This document shows, one piece after another, positions 11,776 through 25,389 of a stretch of 64,000 bases of DNA; the stretch's first letter is position 1, and each line of letters opens with the position of its first letter. Source of the DNA: Macrostomum lignano (Eukaryota); NCBI GenBank assembly GCA_002269645.1, contig NIVC01001260.1, positions 39,487 to 103,486 of the forward strand, written 5' to 3'. A model generated the notes under the pieces. That model was given only the letters and a program-made list of their open reading frames with translations, made no database searches and was not told where the DNA came from. A program made the position numbers and the translations under genes.

Positions 11776-14767
11776 AAATGAATATAAACCAATATAGATA
11801 TATAATTATAATTATACAATCTTCTTTGTCAAAAACTTGCACACATATAAACATTTTAACATTATTTTGTATTAGTTAAGTTGGCATTAGATCCTTTAAT
11901 GACTAAAAAATAAAGAATATTGTATTGTAATGTTATAGTTTTCGATTGCTAGTTTATAATTAAAAACATGTTTTGTATTTTATATCTTTCTAATATGGAT
12001 TGTTATCAATTCAAGGATTGTAAACTAAAAGAATGCCAAAAGTATGACTTTGTTTGTATACTAGGATTATAAATGTATCATTGACACAATGTTTCTGCTG
12101 TGTCATATATCAAGATGTATACTAATATACGCTAAAAATGGCAAGTTATATATTGCTATATATTGTTATATATTGTTATATATTGGGATCCTGGCATATA
12201 TGTTGCCTTCCAAACCATGGAATGTAGCCAATAAGGTTTTTAAGATAAGGAGATTCTTTATGAAGATTGATTTTTATAGTTAATATTCAACTAAAGCATA
12301 GAGATGAGACTTTTTCAAGTTTTGGTAGGTCTATATAAACTTTTTAATCTTCAATCATTAGAACTACTTAGATAAAAAAGGTAGAAAATCAATTTGGTAA
12401 AAATAGGTTTTTTTTGCCAAAAGTGTTGTTTTATTAAACAAAAAAATAATAAGCAAATATATAACAATGTTTAGTTTTATGTACATTTATTTGTTTAATT
12501 GGCAGTTGCTCTATAGTAATGCTTATTGCTATGTAGACACATGCTTTTGGCAGTGACATACAGCATTGATCCTTTGCTATTTAATAATAAAGCAGGGGTA
12601 CTCTGAGTAAAGGTAGCTATTATTATTGTCAAGTTATAACATATTTTATAGTGGTTCAACCCCAATGTAATCACAAGTTTAACTACAATTTGGTGAATTC
12701 ACAACCTTTTTTGCTTTAACCAGTTTGTAAGGTTGTGTATATTTCTTTGCCTTTTTCTCTTTTTTTTGTCACAGGCCTTTTGGCTCTCTATAAGAATCCT
12801 ACTAAATGCCACCAAAAGCTGTCCCAGGGCTCTTATTTATTCCTTTGTCTAGCCTTACTTGCTGCCACCAAGCTTTTGCAGGGGTTATCCCTTCTTGTTA
12901 GTATTGCTGGTTCTTACTTACCCTTTACTCGTAGCGCATGTACTTCTATTGGTAGCGTATGTATTTTTATTGGTAGCGTATGTACTTTTATTGTACTTTC
13001 TGGCCTGAGCGGTCTATTAGCACTGTCTATTCTATTCCTATATTCCCCTAAAATATTATTCTCCCAGTCCTGGGCATTCCCTAGATCAGAGGGTCACAGC
13101 TTATGCTCTTTCTCTGCCCTGAGGCAGTCTTTCCCTCGCTCTGAGGCGGTTCTCCTGCCCTGAGGCGAATTTACTATTACTGCCCTGAGGTGATCTCTCG
13201 CTGTTAGCGATCTTCTCCCAATCTGGGGGTAATCCTTATAGAAATGAACAATCCAAATAAGAATTCTTTAAAGACTTCTTATTGAATGAACTTATTGCTT
13301 CAATATTATTTGAACAAGCGAATGAAGCGAGCAAGTTGCTCTTCTTGGCCCCATCTGGGCTCCTATTTATACCATTTCGTATATATATTTAAAACAAACT
13401 TTGATTTTTTTACAATATTATTTGCGCACACAACGTTAAAACAAAAATATTACTATTTGGCGGAAATTTGAATATGGTAATTTCTAAGAAAGCAATTGTT
13501 CGCGTAGACTAAAAATAAAGCCATATTTCATACTGTAAAGCAGATATATTACACTGCCTCATTTTAACTTGTTTCATTACTTTCATTATTGATATTATAC
13601 ATCTCTACATCCATTGCAAGTTTCATTAATAGTATAATTGCCATTGTTTACTTTTCATATCTTAGTAGTCATTGATAATAACTCAGAAAATAATAAAAGT
13701 ATACTAATTGATTGCAAAATCAATAAGGCAATATGTTGTATGCATATTATAAAATGAAAGAAAGAGAAAATGTAGTGTTGACAATTTCCATTCCTGTAGT
13801 AGTATAGTTGTACTATGTTTACTACATTTAAATATGCTGCAAATTGTCATTTTTTATAATCAATCATAAATCATGCCCAGACTAAAAATCAATATATTTC
13901 ATGCCTAACTAAATATTTTACACTTGTTTAACCTCTAATATTTTAACTGCTTGCAGGTTTCTGCAGGTAAGAACACAAAAATAGTGCAGAGAAGAAACAG
14001 CCTACAGATGGCGCATAGACAGCACATAGATGGCATACAGGCAGCATATGATCATCTATCAAAAATTGTTCCAGCACATTGCGCCACCTTTCTGACTATG
14101 GCTGAGGCATAAAAAACAAACTAGGGTACCAAAACATAGCCACTATAAAGAATAAAAACTTTTTTCTAAGTATATTATAAAAAAATTAACTTTAAATTTG
14201 GCATAATAAATCTAGAGCCAAGATGCTGAATTAGTAACCATATCTTTTTGAACCATATAGCTATAGATAAATTTATTGTCTTTTTTAAATCATATTTCAT
14301 TATAGTTGAAAAAATTCTTAGTAAATGAACATGCGTTTTATGTATTCTAAAAATATAATATAAACCTTGCCTAATAAGCCTAATATCTTAGTTTCGATCA
14401 AGTTTTGTTTTTTTGTTCCAACTAGGCCTACAATAAATATTAGAAATTTTATGTGCATATAATAAAATTACATAGCATAATATCTATCATATTTACATTG
14501 AGATGTTTATTTTAAGGTTATTATATCTTATAGAAAGTATATAATAATGTAAAAGTCTTGACTACCCAAGCACTTCAGATTTATTTATTTAACATTATGA
14601 CTGGATATACCAAATATTTCTTTGTCTGTATGTGAAAATAGAAGATTAATTACCTTACTGTTTGTTAATGTCTTTGCATGCAGCCCCAGGCCGCTATCAC
14701 CAACATCACTGTTAAGAATCCTAATTTTTCATCAACTCAAAGCTAACACTCGCCTATCAAAGCAACC

Positions 14768-16001
14768 ATGGCTCCAATTGTTGTCACCCTGCCAGATGGC
14801 AGCAGCGATGCGAGGATTGCTGCTCAGACGGCTTCCATTGCCGAACTGAAAGTCTGGGCAGCCAGCCGTTGCGGCCTGTCTCCACTGCAGTTGGGCGTCT
14901 TTGCCGCTTCTGGTGCCGCGCTTGACGATGCCGACTCTTTGGTCGGTCTGGACTGTGCTGAACTGCAGGTTTGTCAGCTGAGCTTGTATTCGATTCACTA
15001 TTTATAGATTTAGGAATTCCATGCAGGCTCATCTGAAAGATCAAAAATTTATCACGAGCACGAATTCACAACTGAAAGGTCGGGGGGATTCCCTACAGAC
15101 CCACAACTGATGGATCCAGGGGATTTCCCACAGACCCACATCTGTAGGATCGGAGGGGATTCCCCACAGACCCACATCTGTAGGATCAGAGGGGATTCCC
15201 CACAGACCCACAACTGTAGGATCAGAGGGGATTCCCCACAGACCCACATCTGTAGGATCGGAGGGGATTCCCCACAGACCCACATCTGTAGGATCAGAGG
15301 GGATTCCCCACAGACCCACAACTATAGGATCAGATGGGATTCCCCACAGACCTACAACTGTAGGATCGGAGGGGATTCCCCACAGACCCACAACTGTAGG
15401 ATCGGAGGGGATTCCCCACAGACCCACAACTGTAGGATCGGAGGGGATTCCCCACAGACCCACAACTGTAGAATCGGAGGGGATTCCCCACAGACCCAAC
15501 TACTGTAGGATCAGAGGGGATTCCTTACAGACCCAAAAATGAAGAATTGGCGGATTCCCACAGACCCACAACTGAAGGGGGGAATTCCTACAGACCCACA
15601 ACTGAAAGATAAGGGGATTCCCCACAGACCCACAACTGAAAGATAAGGGGATTCCCCAGAGACGCACAACTGATGGCTCAGGGTTCCTATTGCATCTCAG
15701 TCCGGTCTACCGCGTAGTATATCAGGAAACAAAATTCTCACCAATACACGAATGCGGACTAATCTCACACATGCATCGCTAATCTCCCTGCCAGGTGCAG
15801 GCCCTGCTGCCCGGCGGCAAAGTGCACGGTTCGCTGGCTCGCGCCGGCAAAGTGCGCGGCCAGACGCCTAAAGTGGCCAAACAGGAGAAGAAGAAAAACA
15901 AAACCGGCCGGGCTAAGCGGCGAATCCAGTATAACAAACGGTTTGTTGCCACCGTCAACCTGCCTGGCGGTCGTCGCCGCGGTCCCAATGCCAACTCTTA
16001 A
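14768..16001 (+). CDS. FAU: Ubiquitin-like FUBI-40S ribosomal protein S30 fusion (exons 14768-14968, 15795-16001; ~135 aa)
   Basis: GG|[26 protein letters not shown]...RRIQYNKRF is the RPS30 signature; phase-0 GT-AG intron joins an N-terminal Ubl-sized domain. Confidence 0.95.
15080..15670. repeat. 36-bp minisatellite (GGGGATTCCCCACAGACCCACAACTGTAGGATCGGA)n in the FAU intron
   Basis: Direct tandem copies, about 15. Confidence 0.95.
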
Positions 16002-16254
16002 TTCTTAGAAATCATGTTCAAGACTGATTTATTGCTTATTCAGCAAGTCAGCAATGTGAAACTATTAAACGAACTGATTAAAATTTTGTGACTCCAGTCT
16101 TTGGCAGTCTTTGGAGCGGCTTGGATTGAAAAAAAACAACGCGTGTCTGTGTTTGTGTCTTTGCCCTTTTGAATTTTTAGCAACAACTAGTAGTTAAGTA
16201 AGTGTCGAGGGTATATTTTCCTAATTAGGCGTATCCTATTTATCATAATCAGGA

Positions 16255-17220
16255 AATTAGGTATTTTTCCAAATTAGGTATGTTTCCTAATCAGGTATGT
16301 TTTCTAACTAGGTATGGTTCCAAATTAGTTATGGTTCCAAATTATGTATGGTTCCAAATTAGGTATGGTTCCAAATTATGTATGGTTCCAAATTAGGTAT
16401 GGTTCCAAATTAGGTATGGTTCCTAATCAGGTTTGTTTCTAATTAGGTATGGTTCCAAATTAGGTATGGTTCCAAATTAGGTATGGTTCCAAATTAGGTA
16501 TGGTTCCAAATTAGGTATGGTTCCAAATTAGGTATGGTTCCAAATTAGGTATGGTTCCAAATTAGGTATGGTTCCAAATTAGTTATGGTTCCAAATTAGG
16601 TGGGTTTCCAAATTAGGTATGGTTCCAAATTAGGTATGGTTCCAAATTAGGTGGGTTTCCAAATTAGGTATGGTTCCAAATTAGGTATGGTTCCAAATTA
16701 GGTGGGTTTCCAAATTAGGTATGGTTCCTAATTAGGTATGGTTCCAAATTAGGTATGGTTCCTAATCAGGTTTGTTTCTAATTAGACATGGTTCTAAATT
16801 AGGTATGTTTCCTAATCAGGTATGTTTTCTAACTAGATATGGTTCCAAATTAGGTATAGTTCCAAATTAGGTATAGTTCCAAATTAGTTATGGTTCCAAA
16901 TTAGGTATGGTTCCAAATTAGGTATGGTTCCAAATTAGGTATTTTTCTAATTAGATATGGTTCCAAATTAGGTATTTTTCTAATTAGATATGGTTCCAAA
17001 TTAGGTATTTTTCTAATTAGATATGGTTCCAAATTAGATATTTTTCTAATTAGATATGGTTCCAAATTAGGTATTTTTCTAATTAGATATGGTTCCAAAT
17101 TAGATATTTTTCTAATTAGATATGGTTCCAAATTAGGTATGTTTCCTAATTAGGTATGTTTCCTAATTTGGTGTGTTTCCTTATTTGGTATGTTTCCTAA
17201 TTAGGTACTTTTCCAAATTA
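16255..17220. repeat. 17-bp minisatellite (TTAGGTATGGTTCCAAA)n with a 33-bp higher-order variant near 16900-17130
   Basis: Direct. Confidence 0.95.
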
Positions 17221-17777
17221 GGCATATTTTGTTAATTAGGGTAATCTTTCGTTAGAAAAAGTGGTTATCCGCATGATAAAAAAATCCTGTTTTGTTTTTA
17301 TAATTCTTTTAAAATATTGTGTAAGTCATGTTTACGTATCAATAAAATTCCAATAAAACAGGTAAGAATTGTGTGATATGTTTTAGATGCATAAATCGAC
17401 ATCATTTAGTACAGACAGACTGTTGGTGAAGCAATTCTCGGTAAGTACTTGATGTACTTTTCAGATTTTATTCGTCTTAATAGAGGCAGATTCTTTAATA
17501 ATTACTGAGCTTGAATGATCGCGCACAAAAATGATGAGAAACTTTCCCTCACAATGAAATTTAATTGACTGCTAGTGGTCATTATTCATTGATTATAAAC
17601 TAATTTGTCTCTGAATTGTGCGCGGCATTGAGATGGCTGAATCAGTTTGTGTTTCATTTATTTTCATCCTTTTTTATTGCCAATCTCACTTTCTGTCTAT
17701 TTTGTTTACCATGCGGATAACCAATATATTATTTTAATTTTTAGCTGATAACTGAAGTCTCCATTTGCAGCAGTAGC

Positions 17778-18315
17778 GGCCATAGACAATAATGCCTTGC
17801 CTTTTCTAGTAGTATAATGTTTCGTTAATAGTTTCTTAGACATCCATAGTCTATGGTCAGGCCATAGACAATAATGCCTTCCCTAGTAGTATAATGTTTC
17901 GTTAATAGTTTCTTAGACATCCATAGTCTATGGTCAGGCCATAGACAATAATGCCTTCCCTAGTAGTATAATGTTTCGTTAATAGTTTCTTAGACATCCA
18001 TAGTCTATGGTCAGGCCATAGACAATAATGCCTTCCCTAGTAGTATAATGTTTCGTTAATAGTTTCTTAGACATCCATAGTCTATGGTCAGGCCATAGAC
18101 AATAATGCCTTCCCTAGTAGTATGTTTCGTTAATAGTTTCTTAGACATCCATAGTCTATGGTCAGGCCATAGACAATAATGCCTTCCCTAGTAGTATGTT
18201 TCGTTAATAGTTTCTTAGACATCCATAGTCTATGGTCAGGTCATAGACAATAATGCCTTCCCTAGTAGTATAATGTTTCGTTAATAGTTTCTTAGACATC
18301 CATAGTCTATGGTCA
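17778..18315. repeat. ~77-bp tandem repeat (about 7 copies) ending ~75 bp upstream of the PSMA4 start
   Basis: GGCCATAGAC starts at 17860 and 17937 (period 77); internal palindromes. Confidence 0.93.
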
Positions 18316-18391
18316 AAAATAAAAACTATGCATGCTGAATCGGTTACGAGCGAAGAAGACACAAAAATATTATTAATAATAAACGACAACA

Positions 18392-19153
18392 ATGGCACGC
18401 CGGTACGATACTCGCACTACAACATTCTCGCCAGAGGGCCGCCTGTACCAGGTAGAATACGCCATGGAAGCTGTAGGACACGCTGGCACCTGTATGGGCA
18501 TACTGGCTCGCGATGGAATCGTACTGGCTGCTGAGAGGCGCAATATTAACAAACTGTTAGACGAGCCGGCCTTCTCTGAGAAAATCTACATTATTAATGA
18601 CGATCTGTGCGTAGCAGTGGGCGGCATCACAGCCGATGCTAATGTGCTCATCGATGAGATGCGTTTAAGCGCTCAACGCTACCTGCTGCAGTACCAGGAG
18701 CCAATGCCTGTTGAGCAGCTGGTGTCCTCTATCTGCGATATCAAGCACGCCTACACAATGTTTGGCGGCAGGCGACCATTCGGTGTCAGCATGCTGTACT
18801 CTGGCTGGGATCTGAACTACGGCTTCCAGCTCTATCAGAGCGATCCCAGCGGCAACTTCAGCGGCTGGAAGGCCACCTGTATTGGCAGCAATGCAGCCGC
18901 TGCCAACAGCATGCTGGACCAGGAGTACACAGAAAATATGAGCATTGATGAGGCGCTCAGCCTCACTATTAAAGTGTTGAACAAATCCATGACAATGAGC
19001 AAGTTATCTGCCGACAAGGTGGAGGTGGCCGTGTTCACTCGGAAAGAGGGTCACACCTATCTGAGCCTGCTGCCTCAGTCTAAAGTTGAGAAGCTCATCA
19101 AGGATCTGGAGGAGGCCGAACTAGCCAAGAAGGAGGCGGAGAAGAAAACCTAA
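18392..19153 (+). CDS. PSMA4: 20S proteasome subunit alpha type-4 (alpha3), intronless CDS
   Basis: [34 protein letters not shown] and [18 protein letters not shown]. Confidence 0.97.
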   Translation: MARRYDTRTTTFSPEGRLYQVEYAMEAVGHAGTCMGILARDGIVLAAERRNINKLLDEPAFSEKIYIINDDLCVAVGGITADANVLIDEMRLSAQRYLLQYQEPMPVEQLVSSICDIKHAYTMFGGRRPFGVSMLYSGWDLNYGFQLYQSDPSGNFSGWKATCIGSNAAAANSMLDQEYTENMSIDEALSLTIKVLNKSMTMSKLSADKVEVAVFTRKEGHTYLSLLPQSKVEKLIKDLEEAELAKKEAEKKT

Positions 19154-19809
19154 GCTGAATTGTTTTAAACTGTCATTGTTTAAAACGAATGTCGGATATA
19201 TAATTATTCATTAACTTCTTTCCCAGTGTGTTCACTTCGTCTACGCAAATTACGCAAAAAAACCTGCGCGCCAGAAATTTACTACTTAGTAAACGAGTAG
19301 GCTAATAGTCGTATCATTAATAGTATTTATTTTAGGTTGAATAAGTGAACGCTTATCTGTATACCTGTTATCTGACCGAGGAAAAGTAATAAAAATGCAA
19401 TGTCCCTAACTGGGTTTTTGTACCCAGTAGTAATTTTCTGTTCAAGTCTAGTATATTCAGGTGCCGATAATATTTAAGAAATAAATTGTTCAAACTTCAA
19501 TGGCTCCTTTAAGCCCAGCGCAAGCACCAGATGAGTGCGTGTTGCTTACAATTTTTGCAGTTTTTTTCATAATCTAGCGCAAATTTTTATTGAATTTTAT
19601 ATGATTTTTATTACTAAACGTTTTTAAAGGCAGTAATAGAACTCTATTCCATTAATTTATTTGCATGGATTTTGCTTCAGAACTAACCATATGCAGTGTA
19701 ACTGCTTATTCAATATACTCGTAAAATTACTAAATTTAGGTATGGTATTTGAATGTTATGCTGCATGCTCTGAAATCCCATCAAAGTTGAGGCAGATTCA
19801 ATGGCACAT

Positions 19810-21015
19810 TAAAAAGCAGACTCAGAACAGCGGCAGATTCAATGGCAGATTCAGAACAGCGGCAGATTCGATCAATAGCAGATTCAGAACAGTGGCAGAT
19901 TCAATAGCAGATTCAGAACAGTGGCAGATTCAATAGCAGATTCAGAACAGTGGCAGATTCAATAGCAGATTCAGAACAGTGGCAGATTCAATAGCAGATT
20001 CAGAACAGTGGCAGATTCAATAGCAGATTCAGAACAGCGGCATATTCAATAGCAGATTCAGAACAGTGGCAGATTCAATAGCAGATTCAGAACAGTGGCA
20101 GATTCAATAGCAGATTCAGAACAGTGGCAGATTCAATAGCAGATTCAGAACAGCGGCATATTCAATAGCAGATTCAGAACAGTGGCAGATTCAATAGCAG
20201 ATTCAGAACAGTGGCAGATTCAATAGCAGATTCAGAACAGTGGCAGATTCAATAGCAGATTCAGAACAGTGGCAGATTCAATAGCAGATTCAGAACAGTG
20301 GCAGATTCAATAGCAGATTCAGAACAGTGGCAGATTCAATAGCAGATTCAGAACAGTGGCAGATTCAATAGCAGATTCAGAACAGTGGCAGATTCAATAG
20401 CAGATTCAGAACAGCGGCATATTCAATAGCAGATTCAGAACAGTGGCAGATTCAATAGCAGATTCAGAACAGTGGCAGATTCAATAGCAGATTCAGAACA
20501 GTGGCAGATTCAATAGCAGATTCAGAACAGTGGCAGATTCAATAGCAGATTCAGAACAGCGGCAGATTCAATGGCAGAGTCAGAACAGCAGCACATTCAA
20601 TAGCAGATTCAGAACAGTGGCAGATTCAATAGCAGATTCAGAACAGTGGCAGATTCAATAGCAGATTCAGAACAGCGGCAGATTCAGAACAGCGGCAGAT
20701 TCAATGGCAGATTCAGAACAGCAGCACATTCAATAGCAGATTCAGAACAGCGGCAGATTCAATAGCAGATTCAGAACAGCAGCACATTCAATAGCAGATT
20801 CTGAACAGCGGCAGATTCAATGGCAGATTCAGAACAGCGGCACATTCAATAGCAGATTCAGAACAGCAGCACATTCAATAGCAGATTCAGAACAGCAGCA
20901 CATTCAATAGCAGATTCTGAACAGTGGCAGATTCAATGGCAGATTCAGAACAGCGGCACATTCAATAGCAGATTCAGAACAGCGGCAGATTCAATAGCAG
21001 ATTCAGAACAGCGGC
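19810..21015. repeat. 29-bp minisatellite (AGCAGATTCAGAACAGTGGCAGATTCAAT)n
   Basis: About 40 tandem units. Confidence 0.97.
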
Positions 21016-21180
21016 TGGATTTAATGAGACTCAGTAGAAGCAGAAGCAGAGCATGGCTCCACGTGTTCACACTGTCATAGGTTTAAGAATGCAAGGAGAC
21101 CACTTTATATTAAAATTTAATTTTAAGCTAATATAAACTAAAGTTTGTATTGAAGCTCATATGCAATTAATCATAATCTG

Positions 21181-24100
21181 ATGCTGTCGCAGACTCTGCG
21201 CTCCATCGCACCTAATCGCCGCGGCGTGTTGTTGGCTGCCGCAGCGGTCAAGTTGAGCACATCGTCGACTTTGCGGTTAAGTTCAAATTTGCCACCGCTA
21301 GCGTCCTCGCTTTATCCTCCGATTAGTGCAGACGGTCGAAGTCTTAGTCGCGGTCCATACAGTCGCATTGAACCGGCAGATCTGCTTGTATTTGCTGATA
21401 TTATCGGTCAGAATCATGTGATCACAGATCAGTTTGAGGTTTTTGCGGCTAACACTGATTGGCCGAGAGACTGTCGAGGTCAGGGTGGTCACGTGCTGAG
21501 GCCGGGCTGCGCGGAGGAGGTGTCTGTGATATTGCGGCACTGCCAGAAGCGCAGGATTGCTGTTGTACCTCAGGGAGGCAACACCGGCCTGGCTGGAGGC
21601 GGCGTGCCCGTGTTTGACGAGCTGGTCCTGTCGCTTAGTAGAATGAATCGAGTGCTTGAGGTGTGCGGAGTTTTGTGATTCCTTCTTTTCAGAGAATCCT
21701 TGCATCCAGGACAGTGAACGTTCAAGAAATCAGTGTTCCTTTGTTGTCATTATTATTCATCCACACGTGTCTGGCCATTATTTTCACTCCTTCACTCTTC
21801 ACATCTTACACTCCATGTCTCCTTGGCTCCATTGTTCCACTCCGTGTCAGTTTGTCGCCATTATCTTCACTCCATGTCAATTTTTCGCCATTATCTAGCT
21901 TTACTCCATGTCAGTTTGTCACCACTATAATTTTTTTACTCTAAAACTATCTCAACTCAAATCGAACTCCAAGATTGACGCCGTGGCAGGCACAGTGGTT
22001 GCCGAGGCGGGCTGCGTCCTGGCCGATCTGGACTCTCACCTGTCTGAGCACGGTCTCACTGTGCCGCTAGATCTTGCCGCCAAAGGTAGCTGCCAGATTG
22101 GCGGCAATTTATCCACTAACGCGGGCGGAATTTGTGTGCTACGCTACGGTTCGCTTCGCGGCTCAGTTCGTGGATTGGAAGTTGCGCTGGCTAACGGAGA
22201 GTTGATTGACTGCGGTAGAGTTAACGAGCACGAGAGTAGGCTGGTACAGCTGATGATTGGCAGCGAAGGCACGCTGGGCGTATTGACTAAAGTGACGTTG
22301 GCGTGTCCGCCTAGGCCTGCTAATGTCCGGCTGGTTCTGATTGGCTGCGATAGCTTTCAGGTTTGCCCATGGTTGTTCGTTATTTCTTAGAAAATATAAT
22401 TCTGCGGGCACCCTGGCGCAACGCTTTCGGCGACATTGTCCTGCAACCAGCGCTGAGGCAATTCCGCTGACTCCTGAGTGCGCACATAGGGTGTACAGCG
22501 ATTTAGACCATGGGTCGGCAAACTCCGGCCCGCGGAGCCTCTCTATCCAACCCCCTCAGGTTCTTTGAAATTTCACAATAGCAATCCGGCCCGCTCAATG
22601 TTTGTCTCTTCTCAGTTCTCTCCCTCTCTTTTCTCTCCTCTCCTCTCTCCTCTAATCTATTCTCTCGTCTCCACTCCTTTCATTTCTCCTCTCATCTTGT
22701 CACACTGGGCACTTAACTGTCTGTCAAGGTCAGAGGATGACATCAAGCAGTTCCCCTGAGCCGTGGGTCAGAAGTGAAAGCCACAGATAGTCAGTCGGTC
22801 CAGCAATCCTAAGAGTTGGGGGGCCGTAGCCCAGCGGTAGCGCAGCTGCTCTGGTGTGCCAGCGACCCAGGCTCGATTCCAAGTGCAGTCACATTAATTT
22901 GGGGCTGAATTGGAATCTCGGCTTGGCTCTGCTCGTGCAATTAACGGCCTTGAGAGCCAACCCCCAAGGCGCAGTGAAGTGTACATGCCTAACGATAAAA
23001 TAAAGTTAGGGCCGCTGTACACTCCTGTGTGAGTGTGTGCCTGCGTACGTATCCGCGCGCTTGTGTGCCTGCTCAGGGGAGTCGGCGGAATGGGCAGTAA
23101 TGCCTCTCGCCGGTTGTGTGCCTATGTCGCTTAAAGTGCGCCAGGGTGCACACAACCCCCCTGCCTCTAATAAAAAAAAATCCTAAGAGTTGCCTTGAAC
23201 TCCTGGGTTGCCATTCCAGAATAGAGTTAGGGCTCAAGTTCCTCTGCATCATCCACCATGATCTTAATATCCGCAGTCGGTGCTTCATCTATTCTCGGCC
23301 GCTCGCAGTACCCTGGCCGAGACTCTGTCCGCATTTGAGATCATGGACGCCGCTACTATGTCGGCCGTGTCAGATAATCTCAAACTAAATTGTCCGCTTA
23401 GCGGCAGTAGCGAGTTCTTTGCCCTGGTTGAAACCGCCTCTTGCAATGCTAGCGGCTCGAATGATGCCGGCAAGTTGGATAGGTTTTTGGAATGCCTGGT
23501 CTCTCTCAACCATGGTGAGTAACCGTGTATAGGAGGGCACTTGATGAAGTTTATAGGGTTCGTATCTGAGAAGGATGTACGAACGTAGGATATAGATTTT
23601 AGACCAATCAATCTAGACATTTAGATAGAGATATATAGAAGATATCAGTCAAGTCCAAAGACATTGATTGATATCGGGAGAGGATTCTTATATAAAGTTA
23701 AGGGCTCTTATAAATTTGAACTTATTTATAATGATCTAAAAAACTTGATTAGAAAGATCTAAAGAAATTATTAAAGAGATCTATAGAAATTGATTAGAGA
23801 GATCTAGATACATTTATTAGAAAGATCTAGAGCCTTTGGTCAGAGAGATCGAAAGACATTGATTAGAAAGATCTAGAACCTTTGGTCAGAGAGATCTAGA
23901 GACATTGATTAGAGAGATCTAGAGACATTGATTAGAGAGATCTAGAGACATTGATTAGAGAGATCTAGAGACATTGATTAGAAAGATCTAGAACCTTTGG
24001 TCAGAGAGATCTAGAGACATTGATTAGAAGATCTAGAGACATTGATTAGAAAGATCTAGAGACATGATTAGAGAGATCTAGAGACATTGATTAGAGAGAT

Positions 24101-24940
24101 CTAGAGACATTGATTAGAAAGATCTAGAGCCTTTGGTCAGAGAGATCTAAAGACATTGATTAGAAAGATCTAGAACCTTTGGTCAGAGAGATCTAGAGAC
24201 ATTGATTAGAGAGATCTAGAGACATTGATTAGTGATATCTAGAGACTATCATTATCGATCTTCAGGTTTTATAATGAGCTACGAGCTATATGCCTCTCCA
24301 GAGACTTGATGCATATTCAAAAGCTTAAATAGCAATATAGAACCTTTTACATATATCTAGAGATTTTGTAGAGATCTATACAGATCGGTCATACATGTAG
24401 GATCAGAGGTTGATAAAAAATGCACTTAAAGTATAACAAAAACTCGTCAGAAAGCGCCGGCTCCATCGACGCCGTTATATCAAACGATTCGCGCCAATTT
24501 GGCGTCATCTGGGCGCTAAGAGAGCGCGCATTTGAGGCGCTGGTGGCCGACTGCGGACCGGCCGGTGGCTACATGCAGTTTGATGCGTCAGTGTCCGACA
24601 GGCTGGACATGCAGCGGCTTGTGCTGGCCACCAGGGCAGAGTTCGGCCAGCTCGATTGCGTCATTCGCGTGGCCGGTTTTGGTCACCTTGGCGACGGTAA
24701 TTTGCACCTGGTGGTGACGGCGGATCCAGCCGGGGCTGCCGGCTGCGGCCTGTGGCCCCGCGTGGAGGCCTTCGTCTACGGCTGGCTGTCCCGGCGGCGG
24801 GGCTCCATCAGCGCTGAGCACGGCCTGGGCTGGAAGCGGAGCGCGTACCTGGGTGAGGGCTGGCGGACAGGCAGACAGACAGACAGACACACAGACAGGC
24901 AGACAGACAGACAGACAGATAGACAGGCAGACAGACAGAC

Positions 24941-24975
<35 letters not shown>

Positions 24976-25389
24976 TAGACAGACAGACAGACAGACAGAC
25001 ACTAAGAGAGACACTAAGACAGACACTAAGACAGACACTAAGACATACTAAGAGAGACACTAAGACAGACACTAAGACAGACACTAAGACATACTAAGAC
25101 AGACACTAAGAGAGACACTAAGACAGACACTAAGACAGACACTAAGACATACTAAGACAGACACTAAGAGAGACACTAAGACAGACACTAAGACAGATAC
25201 TAAGACAGATACTAAGACAGACACTAAGACAGACACAGTCAGCCAGTCAGAGCACTATTTATGCCATCCGCAGGTCACTGCAAGAGCCCAACAGCTGTAT
25301 CCGTGATGGCGGGCATCAAGCGACTGCTGGATCCCCAAGGGATTCTCAATCCGTACAAAGTTCTGCCACCCTCGGCACTATCATATTGA
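21181..25389 (+). CDS. D2HGDH: Mitochondrial D-2-hydroxyglutarate dehydrogenase (exons 21181-21660, 21974-22360, 23277-23514, 24451-24852, 25274-25389; ~540 aa)
   Basis: VVPQGGNTGLAGGGVPVFDE, KGSCQIGGNLSTNAGG, IGSEGTLG, GHLGDGNLH, GSISAEHGLG, ILNPYKVLP. All splice phases are consistent; N-terminus is transit-peptide-like. Confidence 0.95.
22507..22600 (+). mobile_element. Possible hAT-family MITE terminus in D2HGDH intron 2
   Basis: CATGGGTCGGCAAACTCCGGCCCGCGG resembles hAT/Charlie ends (CAGGGGTCGGCAAAC..CGGCCCGC); matching opposite end not found. Confidence 0.4.
22819..23178 (+). mobile_element. Full-length tRNA-derived SINE (~360 bp) with A-rich tail and 14-bp TSD
   Basis: Pol III A-box-like TAGCCCAGCGGTAG, B-box-like GCTCGATTCC and TAATAAAAAAAAA tail. 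TSD AATCCTAAGAGTTG at 22805-22818 and 23179-23192. Confidence 0.85.
23600..24245. repeat. ~23-bp minisatellite (GAGATCTAGAGACATTGATTAGA)n in D2HGDH intron 3
   Basis: Direct, degenerate at the 5' end. Confidence 0.9.
24865..25235. repeat. (GACA)n grading into 12-bp (GACAGACACTAA)n in D2HGDH intron 4
   Basis: Direct. Confidence 0.95.

Noticed and set aside
12735-13163. 142-aa hydrophobic ORF
   Set aside because: No ATG start, includes a ~21-bp triplicate, sits in AT-rich decayed-looking DNA, and has no recognisable motif on either strand.
17778-18315. CRISPR-like appearance of the palindromic 77-bp repeat (and other arrays)
   Set aside because: No unique spacers, no cas genes, eukaryotic context.
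22819-22895. tRNA gene
   Set aside because: A/B boxes are present but I could not fold a convincing cloverleaf, and it continues into a body, A tail and TSD, so it is a SINE head.
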